Source: a virus. Taken from it: a stretch of 64,000 nucleotides of DNA. The stretch spans positions 1-64,000 of IMG/VR virus record IMGVR_UViG_3300041583_000284. One strand, written 5' to 3'. The notes beneath the pieces were generated by a model that worked only from the letters and a program-made list of their open reading frames with translations, was not told the origin of the DNA and made no database searches. Positions 45,449-52,907 of the stretch are shown one piece after another. The position numbers were made by a program, and so were the translations under genes. How positions within the stretch are numbered: position 1 is the stretch's first letter; every line of letters starts with the position of its first letter.

Positions 45449-45735
45449 GACTCGCACTCCCCATCACAATCCTGCTTCTTGAGCCGCACAATTATGCGGT
45501 ACTTGGCGCTGCTGGTCTTTTTCTTGGTCAAGCCCACGGGGCCAGTGTACCTCATGTGACCATAGGTGCAGATGTACGCCGAGACCTTGACAAACCCGAC
45601 GTTCGACAGGCACCGAAGGGTTTCTGTCCGCCCAATAGCGAAGTCACTCCAACGAGTGCCCTCGGGCTTACCAGACCAGCGGCGCTGGTTTGGGATGTAA
45701 GTGTACTGGGTCTCCGTCACGCCCGGTCCTCCCAC
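45442..45735 (-). CDS. hypothetical protein (about 92-97 aa)
   Basis: ATG at 45735 or a GTGA-coupled GTG at 45720. Cys-rich C-terminus (DCDGECESC). Confidence 0.45.
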   Translation of the reverse strand: MGGPGVTETQYTYIPNQRRWSGKPEGTRWSDFAIGRTETLRCLSNVGFVKVSAYICTYGHMRYTGPVGLTKKKTSSAKYRIIVRLKKQDCDGECESC

Positions 45736-46181
45736 TCGTCAACGTCAGCGCGGTGTGGGCTGCACGTGAACCATTCCTTTGCTGGGTTGGTCGTGCTTGG
45801 CGAGGTGCGCAGCTCAAACTTGGAACAGCCGCCCTCATTGAAGAGGGTCAGCAGGTGGCCACGGGCCACGCCTACATCGTGCCAGCCCAGCGCGGTGTTC
45901 ACTTGCTCAGGGGTCCATACGCCGCCTCGCGTCAGGACATTCGCCACCAAGCCCAGCGGGGTTGGCGCTCCAGAGAGGAGCTTCATAGACAGCACCTGCC
46001 ATGGCGTGCGTTCCGTATCGCGCGGGTTCGGCACAAGCGTTGCGTCGTAGGCGCTGCCTATCGTTGCGTTCAGGGAGTCGGCAATCCGCCCCGGCACAAA
46101 CACGGAATCGGCACGGCCTTCCGTGGTCACAGCAAACGTCGAGCCAGAGGGTAGTCGGTGGGTGATTGTAATCTGCGGCAT
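45717..46181 (-). CDS. hypothetical protein (154 aa)
   Basis: ATG at 46181 (MPQITITH...), just after the VRR-NUC gene stop. Confidence 0.5.
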   Translation of the reverse strand: MPQITITHRLPSGSTFAVTTEGRADSVFVPGRIADSLNATIGSAYDATLVPNPRDTERTPWQVLSMKLLSGAPTPLGLVANVLTRGGVWTPEQVNTALGWHDVGVARGHLLTLFNEGGCSKFELRTSPSTTNPAKEWFTCSPHRADVDEWEDRA

Positions 46182-46183
46182 TG

Positions 46184-46477
46184 CTAGGTCTTTCTGTTGA
46201 GGGCAGAGGTTACCTCTGCGATATTGGTCTCGTTTATTACGAGCGCGATGCCCCCCGCGGCTGTGATGGCCGCGAGGTTCTTGCTTTGTAGGGGGGTGGG
46301 CTTGTTCGTCCCTGCCTTGCACTCGATGCCGAAGAACAAGCCTTTGTGGCAACCCACTATGTCGGGAACGCCCGAGGCACCGTAGCCGCCCGTAGCGGGG
46401 AAGAAGTAATACGCCTCCATGCCCTTCAGCAGGGCGACGACCTCCCGCTTTACTTTTTTCTCGGGGGTGTCAGCCAT
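46184..46477 (-). CDS. VRR-NUC domain nuclease
   Basis: GASGVPDIVGCHKGLFFGIECKAG matches the G.PD....E.K core of VRR-NUC / PD-(D/E)XK resolvase-like nucleases. Confidence 0.65.
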   Translation of the reverse strand: MADTPEKKVKREVVALLKGMEAYYFFPATGGYGASGVPDIVGCHKGLFFGIECKAGTNKPTPLQSKNLAAITAAGGIALVINETNIAEVTSALNRKT

Positions 46478-46815
46478 TACGTTTCCTTAGTTGGGGCAAT
46501 GATCCAGAAGACCGTTGCAGACATCCGAAGCCCAACACCTTCGATGGGCCGGGGCGGAGGAGGTATCTCCATAAGCCCCAACGCCATCAGCCGGTCAGTG
46601 ACCCACATAGGCTCGGTGCCCATAGTATAATCACCACTTGGAAGTAGATCAACACATACCTCACTGAATGGTTGTAGCACAACACGTGTCGCGTCCATAA
46701 CTTCAGCACGTATCGTGCGGTCCCGGTTCTTGCCCATCCAGTGCATGACCCCCGCGTGTAGCGTCGCTGCGGGGCCCCACTTCAACAAGTCCCCTACGGC
46801 CTGCCATCTTGCCAT
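46477..46815 (-). CDS. hypothetical protein (112 aa)
   Basis: ATG at 46815 (MARWQ...), TGATG-coupled to the upstream gene. Confidence 0.45.
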   Translation of the reverse strand: MARWQAVGDLLKWGPAATLHAGVMHWMGKNRDRTIRAEVMDATRVVLQPFSEVCVDLLPSGDYTMGTEPMWVTDRLMALGLMEIPPPPRPIEGVGLRMSATVFWIIAPTKET

Positions 46816-47012
46816 CAGTGCGCCTTCCCCGCCACTGGGCCAACGGAGGCTACAAGCAGCCGGATCTTGCGGATCGCGTTGCGCAGCTCTGTGTGGTCCT
46901 CGGGGTCGCTGACCCCGTATGTGGCCCCCGTGGGTTGGTGGCGCACCTGCCACCCCGTACCACAAGGTTCAATCACGAAGTTGGGGGTCGCCCCCCGGCT
47001 GTCCTTAATCAT
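46815..47012 (-). CDS. hypothetical protein (65 aa)
   Basis: ATG 14 nt downstream of palindrome 47027-47045, with an AAAGGA RBS. Confidence 0.45.
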   Translation of the reverse strand: MIKDSRGATPNFVIEPCGTGWQVRHQPTGATYGVSDPEDHTELRNAIRKIRLLVASVGPVAGKAH

Positions 47013-47026
47013 ATCGTATCCTTTCT

Positions 47027-47045
47027 CTTAGTCCCGAGGACTAAG
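47027..47045 (-). repeat. palindrome CTTAGTC-N5-GACTAAG
   Basis: Perfect arms, + strand loop CCGAG. 2 nt after the stop of 47048-47977 and 14 nt before ATG 47012. Confidence 0.9.
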
Positions 47046-47047
47046 TG

Positions 47048-47977
47048 TTACCAACCAAAGCCGGGCAGAGCTGCGATCGCTGCGTCCAGCTGCTTCTTTG
47101 TATCCGCCTTGTGGTAGGGGTCGTCCCGCAGAGCGAGGGCCGACGTGCCATTGAGGGTTTCGCTGAGGACACGCTGCATCCGCACCATGTCCGGGTCGTT
47201 GGTGATGTTGCACGTCTCCATCATGGCCACGAGGTCATGCGCCCGGTCAATCACGCTGTCGTAGATGCGCCGTGCCTTCTCCCCTTCCGCTGTCGGCTCC
47301 AGCTGCCGGGTCAGGGTGGTCAGGGTGTCGCGCAGCCGGGCCCAGATGTCGTCCATGGCGGACTTGATCTGCGTGTCGAAGTAGGAGGAATACTCCTTCT
47401 GCAAGGCTGCCTTGGCCTCGGCCTCCATATCCACACGCCAGTCGCCTGCATCAGGCAAGGGCACGAAGCTCATGCGGAACGCGAACTTGTCCCGGATGGA
47501 ATCGACCGTGGGGTATTCCTCGCGGTTGAACAGGGTGCCCAACTTGAGCTCGGAGGCGGAAATCTCCCAGCTGTATGCCTTGAGGAACGCGTTGGCCAAG
47601 CGGTGGAACTCGTCTTGCAGGGCCGTCATCTGCTTCTGGTACTTGAAGAACTGCGCCGTGGGGAGCAGGCGCAGGCCGAGGTCGGACCATGGCATGGTCA
47701 TGGACCGGTGCAAGCTACGCACATTCTCCGAGAACTTCTGCACAGCATCGAGCTCTGCGCAGTCGCCCAGCAGGTTCTTGTTGACGCTGGCCACACCCCG
47801 TGCAGCACCGCTGGAGCGGGTCACCGCCTCGGATGCCGTCTTGTCCCGCTTACGTGCCGTCCACACAGAGATGGACAGGTCCACCAGCATAGCCGCGCTG
47901 GACACCGACGGGGCACTCTGCCCGAAACCCGCAGGCAGCTGGATCGGGTTAGGCTTGTTTGTGATATTGATTGTCAT
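47048..47977 (-). CDS. DUF3150-like protein (309 aa)
   Basis: LVDLSISVWTARKRDK... and the overall layout recall the DUF3150 family that travels with AAA/VWA pairs. Label from memory only. Confidence 0.5.
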   Translation of the reverse strand: MTINITNKPNPIQLPAGFGQSAPSVSSAAMLVDLSISVWTARKRDKTASEAVTRSSGAARGVASVNKNLLGDCAELDAVQKFSENVRSLHRSMTMPWSDLGLRLLPTAQFFKYQKQMTALQDEFHRLANAFLKAYSWEISASELKLGTLFNREEYPTVDSIRDKFAFRMSFVPLPDAGDWRVDMEAEAKAALQKEYSSYFDTQIKSAMDDIWARLRDTLTTLTRQLEPTAEGEKARRIYDSVIDRAHDLVAMMETCNITNDPDMVRMQRVLSETLNGTSALALRDDPYHKADTKKQLDAAIAALPGFGW

Positions 47978-48207
47978 GGTGTTTGGTCTCCTACAATGGA
48001 TGTTAATCTAAAAGCGACGATACGATCCGCCGCTATGGATACAGACTCCTTGTCGTTACGCAGGGTCAGGAACCCTGTGTCTCGTATCTTCTGGGTGAAG
48101 AACTCCCCGATCCCCGGGCCCACTGGCACGTGCAGCGCCACCATGCCTCCGCCGGTCACCTGCACTTCAACAAGGGACCACTCCGTGGGGTATTTTGGTT
48201 TTGTCAT
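47974..48207 (-). CDS. hypothetical protein (77 aa)
   Basis: ATG 22 nt downstream of palindrome 48230-48248 with an AAGGAGAG RBS. ATGA overlap downstream. Confidence 0.5.
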   Translation of the reverse strand: MTKPKYPTEWSLVEVQVTGGGMVALHVPVGPGIGEFFTQKIRDTGFLTLRNDKESVSIAADRIVAFRLTSIVGDQTP

Positions 48208-48229
48208 TCTTTTTCTCTCCTTGGTTGGA

Positions 48230-48248
48230 CTTAGTCGGGATGACTAAG
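48230..48248 (-). repeat. palindrome CTTAGTC-N5-GACTAAG
   Basis: Perfect arms, loop GGGAT. Follows a Gly-X gene and lies 22 nt before ATG 48207. Confidence 0.9.
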
Positions 48249-48482
48249 TTAGTTGTCGCCGTCGCCGGAGCCGTCGCCGGAGCCGTAGCCATCGCCGTAG
48301 CCGTTGCCGAAGCCGTAGCCGAAGCCGTTGCCGAAGCCATCGCCGTTGCCGTTGCCGAAGCCGTAGCCGAAGCCGTTGCCGAAGCCGTTGCCGAAGCCGT
48401 AGCCGTCGCCGTCGCCGTAGCCGTAGCCGTCGCCGTAGCGGGACCCCGCCCACACCAGCGGGCGCAGGAACGTCCAGATCAT
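48249..48482 (-). CDS. Gly-X repeat microprotein, MIWxFLRPLVW family (77 aa)
   Basis: MIWTFLRPLVWAGSRYG + (GX)n. ATGA overlap with the upstream family member. TAA stop abuts palindrome 48230-48248. Confidence 0.65.
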   Translation of the reverse strand: MIWTFLRPLVWAGSRYGDGYGYGDGDGYGFGNGFGNGFGYGFGNGNGDGFGNGFGYGFGNGYGDGYGSGDGSGDGDN

Positions 48483-48655
48483 TGTTCACCTCTGTTCCCA
48501 TTGCCGTAGCCGTAGCCGTCGCCGTCGCCGTCGCCGTCGCCATCGCCGTAGCCGTAGCCGTCGCCGTAGCCGTTGCCGTTGCCGTTGCCGTTGCCGTGGC
48601 CGTGGCCGTAGCGGGACTTCGACCACACCAGCGGCCGCAGGAAAGTCCAGATCAT
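48479..48655 (-). CDS. Gly-X repeat microprotein, MIWxFLRPLVW family (58 aa)
   Basis: MIWTFLRPLVWSKSRYG + (GX)n, ending NRGEQ. ATGA overlap with the stop of the 278-aa gene. Near-identical to 51192-51368. Confidence 0.65.
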   Translation of the reverse strand: MIWTFLRPLVWSKSRYGHGHGNGNGNGNGYGDGYGYGDGDGDGDGDGYGYGNGNRGEQ

Positions 48656-49488
48656 AGCGCTGCGTAGAGGCACTCTACCTGCATAGTGTGGGTTGAGCGC
48701 TCGAACCCGTGGTGTCTGATCTGGAAGATCCGCTCTGGTGCGAGGTCAGAGAGCTCGGTGTCCATGCCATTGGGCAATTCTGGGATCAGGTATGGCCGGT
48801 GGAGGGGCTGCTCGGGGCCGTGCCGATACCCTGAGCTGGAATACTTAGGCGCTAGCTTATGGGCGTCGTCGTTGCCCAGCGCACACCATGCGGTACAGGC
48901 CGCATGCAGATTGTGCAGAGCTTTCTTCTCCTCCGGGGTGCGCTTGACCGGCACACGGACCGGGATGTTGTCGCCGACGGCCTTGCTCTGCGGGCTGGGG
49001 ATGTAGGCCATGGGCCGGTTGTAGTGGTTCACACCAACTGCCGACCACGCGGACGCCCACTGCCACGCGGCGTTGCGCCCCTTGTCGTTTCGGTAGTTGC
49101 TACCAATACCCACGCTGCGCCCGGTGCTCGCATCGAGGAGCAGGAGCTGCGAGTCTCCTCTGTTGATCCACGCCTTGGGCAGGGGCTTGGCTGCCAGAAC
49201 GTCGGCGTCCTGCCTGCACAGTGCGAGCACCGCGCGTGCCTCGGGGGTCAGGCTGTCTTTGCCAAGCGACAGTGCGGGGCAGTCCCCTTCCACGCTGCTG
49301 ACCACACGCAGGTCACTCTCGCCCCGCCCGAGCCTGCGCTCCATGCCGCGATGATCGGGCTTGAAGTCCCGCGCCGAGAGCAGAACTTCGCCGCTCTCGA
49401 ACACGATCAGATTGTGCTCGGGCTCGTTGTAGAACCGCTTGAAGCGATCCCAGCGGGCGTCTTTGTTGTCGAATGTTGGGAGTTTCAT
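48652..49488 (-). CDS. hypothetical protein (278 aa)
   Basis: ATG 24 nt downstream of palindrome 49513-49531, with an AAAGGAAAG RBS. Confidence 0.6.
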   Translation of the reverse strand: MKLPTFDNKDARWDRFKRFYNEPEHNLIVFESGEVLLSARDFKPDHRGMERRLGRGESDLRVVSSVEGDCPALSLGKDSLTPEARAVLALCRQDADVLAAKPLPKAWINRGDSQLLLLDASTGRSVGIGSNYRNDKGRNAAWQWASAWSAVGVNHYNRPMAYIPSPQSKAVGDNIPVRVPVKRTPEEKKALHNLHAACTAWCALGNDDAHKLAPKYSSSGYRHGPEQPLHRPYLIPELPNGMDTELSDLAPERIFQIRHHGFERSTHTMQVECLYAAL

Positions 49489-49512
49489 GTTGTTTGCTTT
49501 CCTTTGGTTGGG

Positions 49513-49531
49513 CTTAGTCGGAATGACTAAG
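49513..49531 (-). repeat. palindrome CTTAGTC-N5-GACTAAG
   Basis: Perfect arms, loop GGAAT. Follows a Gly-X gene and lies 24 nt before ATG 49488. Confidence 0.9.
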
Positions 49532-49672
49532 TCAGTTGCCGTAGCCGTAGCCGAAGCCGTAGCCGTCGCCGAAGCCGTAGCCGAAGCCGTAGCCGTAGCC
49601 GCCGCCGTCGCCGTAGCCGTAGCCGTAGCGGAACCGGGACCACACCAGTGGGCGTAGAAAGCCCCAGATCAC
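49532..49672 (-). CDS. Gly-X repeat microprotein, MIWxFLRPLVW family (46 aa, GTG start)
   Basis: (V/M)IWGFLRPLVWSRFRYG + (GX)n. GTGA overlap with the VWA gene stop. TGA stop abuts palindrome 49513-49531. Confidence 0.55.
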   Translation of the reverse strand: MIWGFLRPLVWSRFRYGYGYGDGGGYGYGFGYGFGDGYGFGYGYGN

Positions 49673-50928
49673 AGCTCGTGACCCTTGATGTGTGTCGTGG
49701 CCCCGTGGGCGGGGCGGGCGCTCTTGTTGTCGAGGATAGTCCACAGGACCGGGCAGGTCCACGTTCCCCAGCCGCCGCCGAGGTAGCCGTCAGTCAGCAC
49801 GATGACCGCCTGTGGTGCGATACCATTCTTGTTGAGGAACTCCGGCACGCACTCGACCATGGTGCCGCCACCGCCCGCAGGCTTAGTCGAGGCGACTAAG
49901 TTGGGCAGGTCTTGCTCGAGATACACCTCGTGTCTGCACACTTCGGTATCCCAGTACAGCAGGTGGACGCGCTCGGGGCGCACGGAGTCTGCGATGCCGC
50001 GGACCTCGCTCAAAAACGATGCCAGTTGCGGTCCTCCGATAGACCCCGACGTGTCTATCGCCACGCAGATGTCCTTGACGCGCTCGGTGGTGCCACTGGG
50101 CATGTAGTAGCCGCCGATGAAGCGACGGTTGGGCCGCTTCCACGTGGAGAAGTCAGACCCTGCGCAGGTTGTCGTGATGAAGTCGCGCAGCGCTGTGCGC
50201 CAATCCACCTGTGGCTGCATCAGGTCGTCGAGGGAGCGATCGCCACCGGACCCCGTCTTGCCTGCCATCAGCGCGCCTTGACGCACTGCCTCGTCAATGT
50301 CACGGGCCAGCGCTTGCTTGTCCGCATCGGGCATATCCTGCGCCCCGTCCCAGTCGTGCATATCGAAACCTTGACCGGACTGGCCCTCGCCTTGGCCCTC
50401 GCCTTGGCCCTCGCCTTGGCCCTCGCCTTGGCCCTCGCCTTGGCCCTCGCCTGACTTGGCGTTCTTGAGCAGATCGTGGAACACCGCAGCGCTGTCCCAG
50501 TCGCGGTACTTCTCGTCGAAGCAACCGGTCCGCAGGGCACCGGTCATGGTGGCGAAGTGATCTGACTTGTTGTCATCTACCAGCTTGATGTTGATGACGA
50601 AGTCGCAAGCCTGATTGGCCATCTGAGCATGGCGCAGGTACATCCACCGCCACGTGGTCAGGTGCTTGTACAGCTTGTGATAGTTCTCGTGCAGGACGAG
50701 GAACCGCAGCTCGGAGTCCTTGAGCGATGCGATGAAGTCGGGGTTGTAGACCTCATTCATGCCGTCCGTGGCCGCAGTATTCACAGGGCTGCGACGTATG
50801 TGGGTATCCACCGTGCGGCTGCCGATCATCAGCACGCCCGCCAAGGCGCGATACCTCTCGTGGTGCATGATCGCAATGACAGCCTTTTGCAGGCGCTGTT
50901 CTGGAGTGAGTTTGCCGTTCCCAAACAT
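49669..50928 (-). CDS. VWA-domain protein with N-terminal putative metallopeptidase-like domain (DUF2201-like)
   Basis: LVLHENYHKLYKH (HExxH-like). (GEGQ)6 linker. DICVAIDTSGSIGG (MIDAS DxSxS). Carries palindrome 49882-49900 in frame. Confidence 0.65.
   Translation of the reverse strand: MFGNGKLTPEQRLQKAVIAIMHHERYRALAGVLMIGSRTVDTHIRRSPVNTAATDGMNEVYNPDFIASLKDSELRFLVLHENYHKLYKHLTTWRWMYLRHAQMANQACDFVINIKLVDDNKSDHFATMTGALRTGCFDEKYRDWDSAAVFHDLLKNAKSGEGQGEGQGEGQGEGQGEGQGEGQSGQGFDMHDWDGAQDMPDADKQALARDIDEAVRQGALMAGKTGSGGDRSLDDLMQPQVDWRTALRDFITTTCAGSDFSTWKRPNRRFIGGYYMPSGTTERVKDICVAIDTSGSIGGPQLASFLSEVRGIADSVRPERVHLLYWDTEVCRHEVYLEQDLPNLVASTKPAGGGGTMVECVPEFLNKNGIAPQAVIVLTDGYLGGGWGTWTCPVLWTILDNKSARPAHGATTHIKGHEL
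49882..49900. repeat. palindrome CTTAGTC-N5-GACTAAG inside the VWA gene CDS
   Basis: Perfect arms, loop GAGGC. Encodes NLVASTK in frame. Confidence 0.9.
50382..50453 (-). repeat. 12-nt tandem repeat x6 encoding (GEGQ)6 inside the VWA gene
   Basis: GGCCCTCGCCTT x6 on the + strand. Confidence 0.9.
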
Positions 50929-50951
50929 GGGGTATTCCTTCCTTGATTGGA

Positions 50952-50970
50952 CTTAGTCGGGATGACTAAG
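50952..50970 (-). repeat. palindrome CTTAGTC-N5-GACTAAG
   Basis: Perfect arms, loop GGGAT. Follows a Gly-X gene and lies 23 nt before ATG 50928. Confidence 0.9.
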
Positions 50971-51195
50971 TCAGTTGCTGTTGCCGTAGCCGAGGCCGAG
51001 GCCGTAGCCGTCGCCGCTACCCCATCCGTTGCCGCTGCCCCATCCGTTGCCGTAGCCGCGGCCGTAGCCGGGGCCGTGGCCGTGGCCGTAGCCGTCGCCG
51101 TAGCCGGGGCCGTGGCCGTCGCCGTAGCCGTAGCCGTCGCCGTCGCCGTAGCGGGACTTCGACCACACCAGCGGGCGCAGGAACGTCCAGATCAT
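50971..51195 (-). CDS. Gly-X repeat microprotein, MIWxFLRPLVW family (74 aa)
   Basis: MIWTFLRPLVWSKSRYG + (GX)n. ATGA overlap with the upstream member. TGA stop abuts palindrome 50952-50970. Confidence 0.65.
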   Translation of the reverse strand: MIWTFLRPLVWSKSRYGDGDGYGYGDGHGPGYGDGYGHGHGPGYGRGYGNGWGSGNGWGSGDGYGLGLGYGNSN

Positions 51196-51368
51196 TGTTC
51201 ACCTCCGTTCCCATTGCCGTAGCCGCAGCCGTCGCCGTCGCCGTCGCCGTCGCCATCGCCGTAGCCGTAGCCGTCGCCGTAGCCGTTGCCGTTGCCGTTG
51301 CCGTTGCCGTGGCCGTGGCCGTAGCGGGACTTCGACCATACCAGCGGGCGGGCAAAGAGCCAGATCAT
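51192..51368 (-). CDS. Gly-X repeat microprotein, MIWxFLRPLVW family (58 aa)
   Basis: MIWLFARPLVWSKSRYGHGHGNGNGNGNGYGDGYGYGDGDGDGDGDGCGYGNGNGGEQ, read by hand because it is below the track cutoff. ATGA overlap with the 252-aa gene stop. Confidence 0.6.
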   Translation of the reverse strand: MIWLFARPLVWSKSRYGHGHGNGNGNGNGYGDGYGYGDGDGDGDGDGCGYGNGNGGEQ

Positions 51369-52123
51369 TCGCTACTCTTTACCCACGCAGTGAACGACCC
51401 GTAGTCGGGGGCGCTCGCGTGCTCCTCGGTGTAGTAGGCGTCGTGCTCCTCATACACAATTTTGCGGAGTTCTTTCTCTACTGCTGGCACCTCTGCCCCG
51501 TAGTCTGCGATCCCAGCGGAGACGCGCAGATTCTCCCACTGGTCCCGGTCCAGCAAGGCCACGAGGGTATCAGGCCAGCCCGGCTGCCCCCTGTGCATCT
51601 GCTCGTTACCAAGCAAGGCTGCCATGGGCTTGTACCATGCGAGGAAGTCCTTGAGACCGGACACTTCCATGGCCTTGTTTGCCTTCTTGCGGTCTACCCG
51701 CACACGGGCGATAGGGCGCGTGTCCTCGCTGGCGTGGGTCAGCCTGCCCTCTGCGTCAAGGCGCACCTGGGCCCCGGGCTTATAGTAAGCATCGCCGGAA
51801 CGAAGGGCCTTGCACTCCCCGCTTATGCCGGCGCCCCGAGGCATGAAGCGATCGGCGAAGGCCGCGGTGCTCTGGCTCTCGTAGTTGAGGTCCAGCGTGC
51901 ATGTGTTGTCGGGGTGCCACTGCACCACCTCAGTGCTGTGATAGATGAAGCAGATCGTGCCGTCGTGGCTCTTTGACAGCCCGGTGAAGTGGGCGCTGTG
52001 GCGGGGCATGGCATGTGTGCCCGAGCGACCGTAGGTGTTCTTGCGCAGCTTGGCCTTGTCGAACAGGGCTGCTGCCTCTGCGTAGGTGTTGAGGCGTCTG
52101 ACGCCGGGCATTTGAAGTCTCAT
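51365..52123 (-). CDS. hypothetical protein (252 aa)
   Basis: ATG at 52123, 24 nt downstream of palindrome 52148-52166, with an AAGGAAGGA RBS. Confidence 0.6.
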   Translation of the reverse strand: MRLQMPGVRRLNTYAEAAALFDKAKLRKNTYGRSGTHAMPRHSAHFTGLSKSHDGTICFIYHSTEVVQWHPDNTCTLDLNYESQSTAAFADRFMPRGAGISGECKALRSGDAYYKPGAQVRLDAEGRLTHASEDTRPIARVRVDRKKANKAMEVSGLKDFLAWYKPMAALLGNEQMHRGQPGWPDTLVALLDRDQWENLRVSAGIADYGAEVPAVEKELRKIVYEEHDAYYTEEHASAPDYGSFTAWVKSSE

Positions 52124-52147
52124 GGTTTTAGTCCTTCCTTGGTTGCA

Positions 52148-52166
52148 CTTAGTCGGGATGACTAAG
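52148..52166 (-). repeat. palindrome CTTAGTC-N5-GACTAAG
   Basis: Perfect arms, loop GGGAT. Follows a Gly-X gene and lies 24 nt before ATG 52123. Confidence 0.9.
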
Positions 52167-52259
52167 TCAGTTGTGGTTGTAGCGGCCATAGCCGAGGCCG
52201 AGGCCGTAGCCGTAGCGGGATTTCGACCACACCAGCGGGCGGGCGAAGAGCCAGATCAT
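52167..52259 (-). CDS. Gly-X repeat microprotein, MIWxFLRPLVW family (short, 30 aa)
   Basis: MIWLFARPLVWSKSRYGYGLGLGYGRYNHN. ATGA overlap with the HNH gene stop. TGA abuts palindrome 52148-52166. Confidence 0.5.
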   Translation of the reverse strand: MIWLFARPLVWSKSRYGYGLGLGYGRYNHN

Positions 52260-52891
52260 GTCACTGATCCTTTCTTTGGCACGAGTAGTGCTAGGCCCCG
52301 CACACCCTTGCGCCACCGGCTGTCCACTGTTGAGTACGGCAAGCCGTATTCTCGGACAGCATCTGTCAGGGCCAATCGGCGGTCGGGCAGGTAGACCCAC
52401 CGGGTCTGGCGACGGTTGTTCAGTTGCTCAGTCATGGTGACCCAGCGCACGTTACCGGGCTCGTAGCCCCGCTCGTTATCAATCCGGTCCAGTGTACTGT
52501 GCCGATCTTGGGTAGGTGCGGGACCGATGTGGGCGTAGAACAAGGCAAAGTCCGCCTCCCACGCGGGGAGCATGGCTATGCCGCGCCCCCCATAGTTGTG
52601 GTATTTAGGGTTCTTTGGGTTGTTGCATCGCTGCTTTGCAGCAATCCACGCAACCCATTCTTTGCCGTGGGCCAGACCATGCCTAGCCCTACGGCGATTG
52701 CTTTCGGCGACGCCGCACTTTACCGAACAGGAGATAGCCCCTGTCCGCAAGTGGCTGCCGGTCTTTATGCAGATGTTCCCACAGTCGCATTGGCATTCCC
52801 ACCGAGCTTGCCCGTCGTGGCTACTGTCCACTTGTCTAGTTACAAGTAACTTTCCTTGGCGTATTCCAGCCCACTGAACTAGGTTGCCCAC
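52256..52891 (-). CDS. free-standing HNH endonuclease (paralogue of 40278-41024)
   Basis: GTG start with a GGGGAGAA RBS. CQCDCG Zn-ribbon. LDRIDNERGYEPGNVRWVTMTEQ HNH motif. Confidence 0.7.
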   Translation of the reverse strand: MGNLVQWAGIRQGKLLVTRQVDSSHDGQARWECQCDCGNICIKTGSHLRTGAISCSVKCGVAESNRRRARHGLAHGKEWVAWIAAKQRCNNPKNPKYHNYGGRGIAMLPAWEADFALFYAHIGPAPTQDRHSTLDRIDNERGYEPGNVRWVTMTEQLNNRRQTRWVYLPDRRLALTDAVREYGLPYSTVDSRWRKGVRGLALLVPKKGSVT

Positions 52892-52907
52892 TTAGGTTTC
52901 TCCCCTG

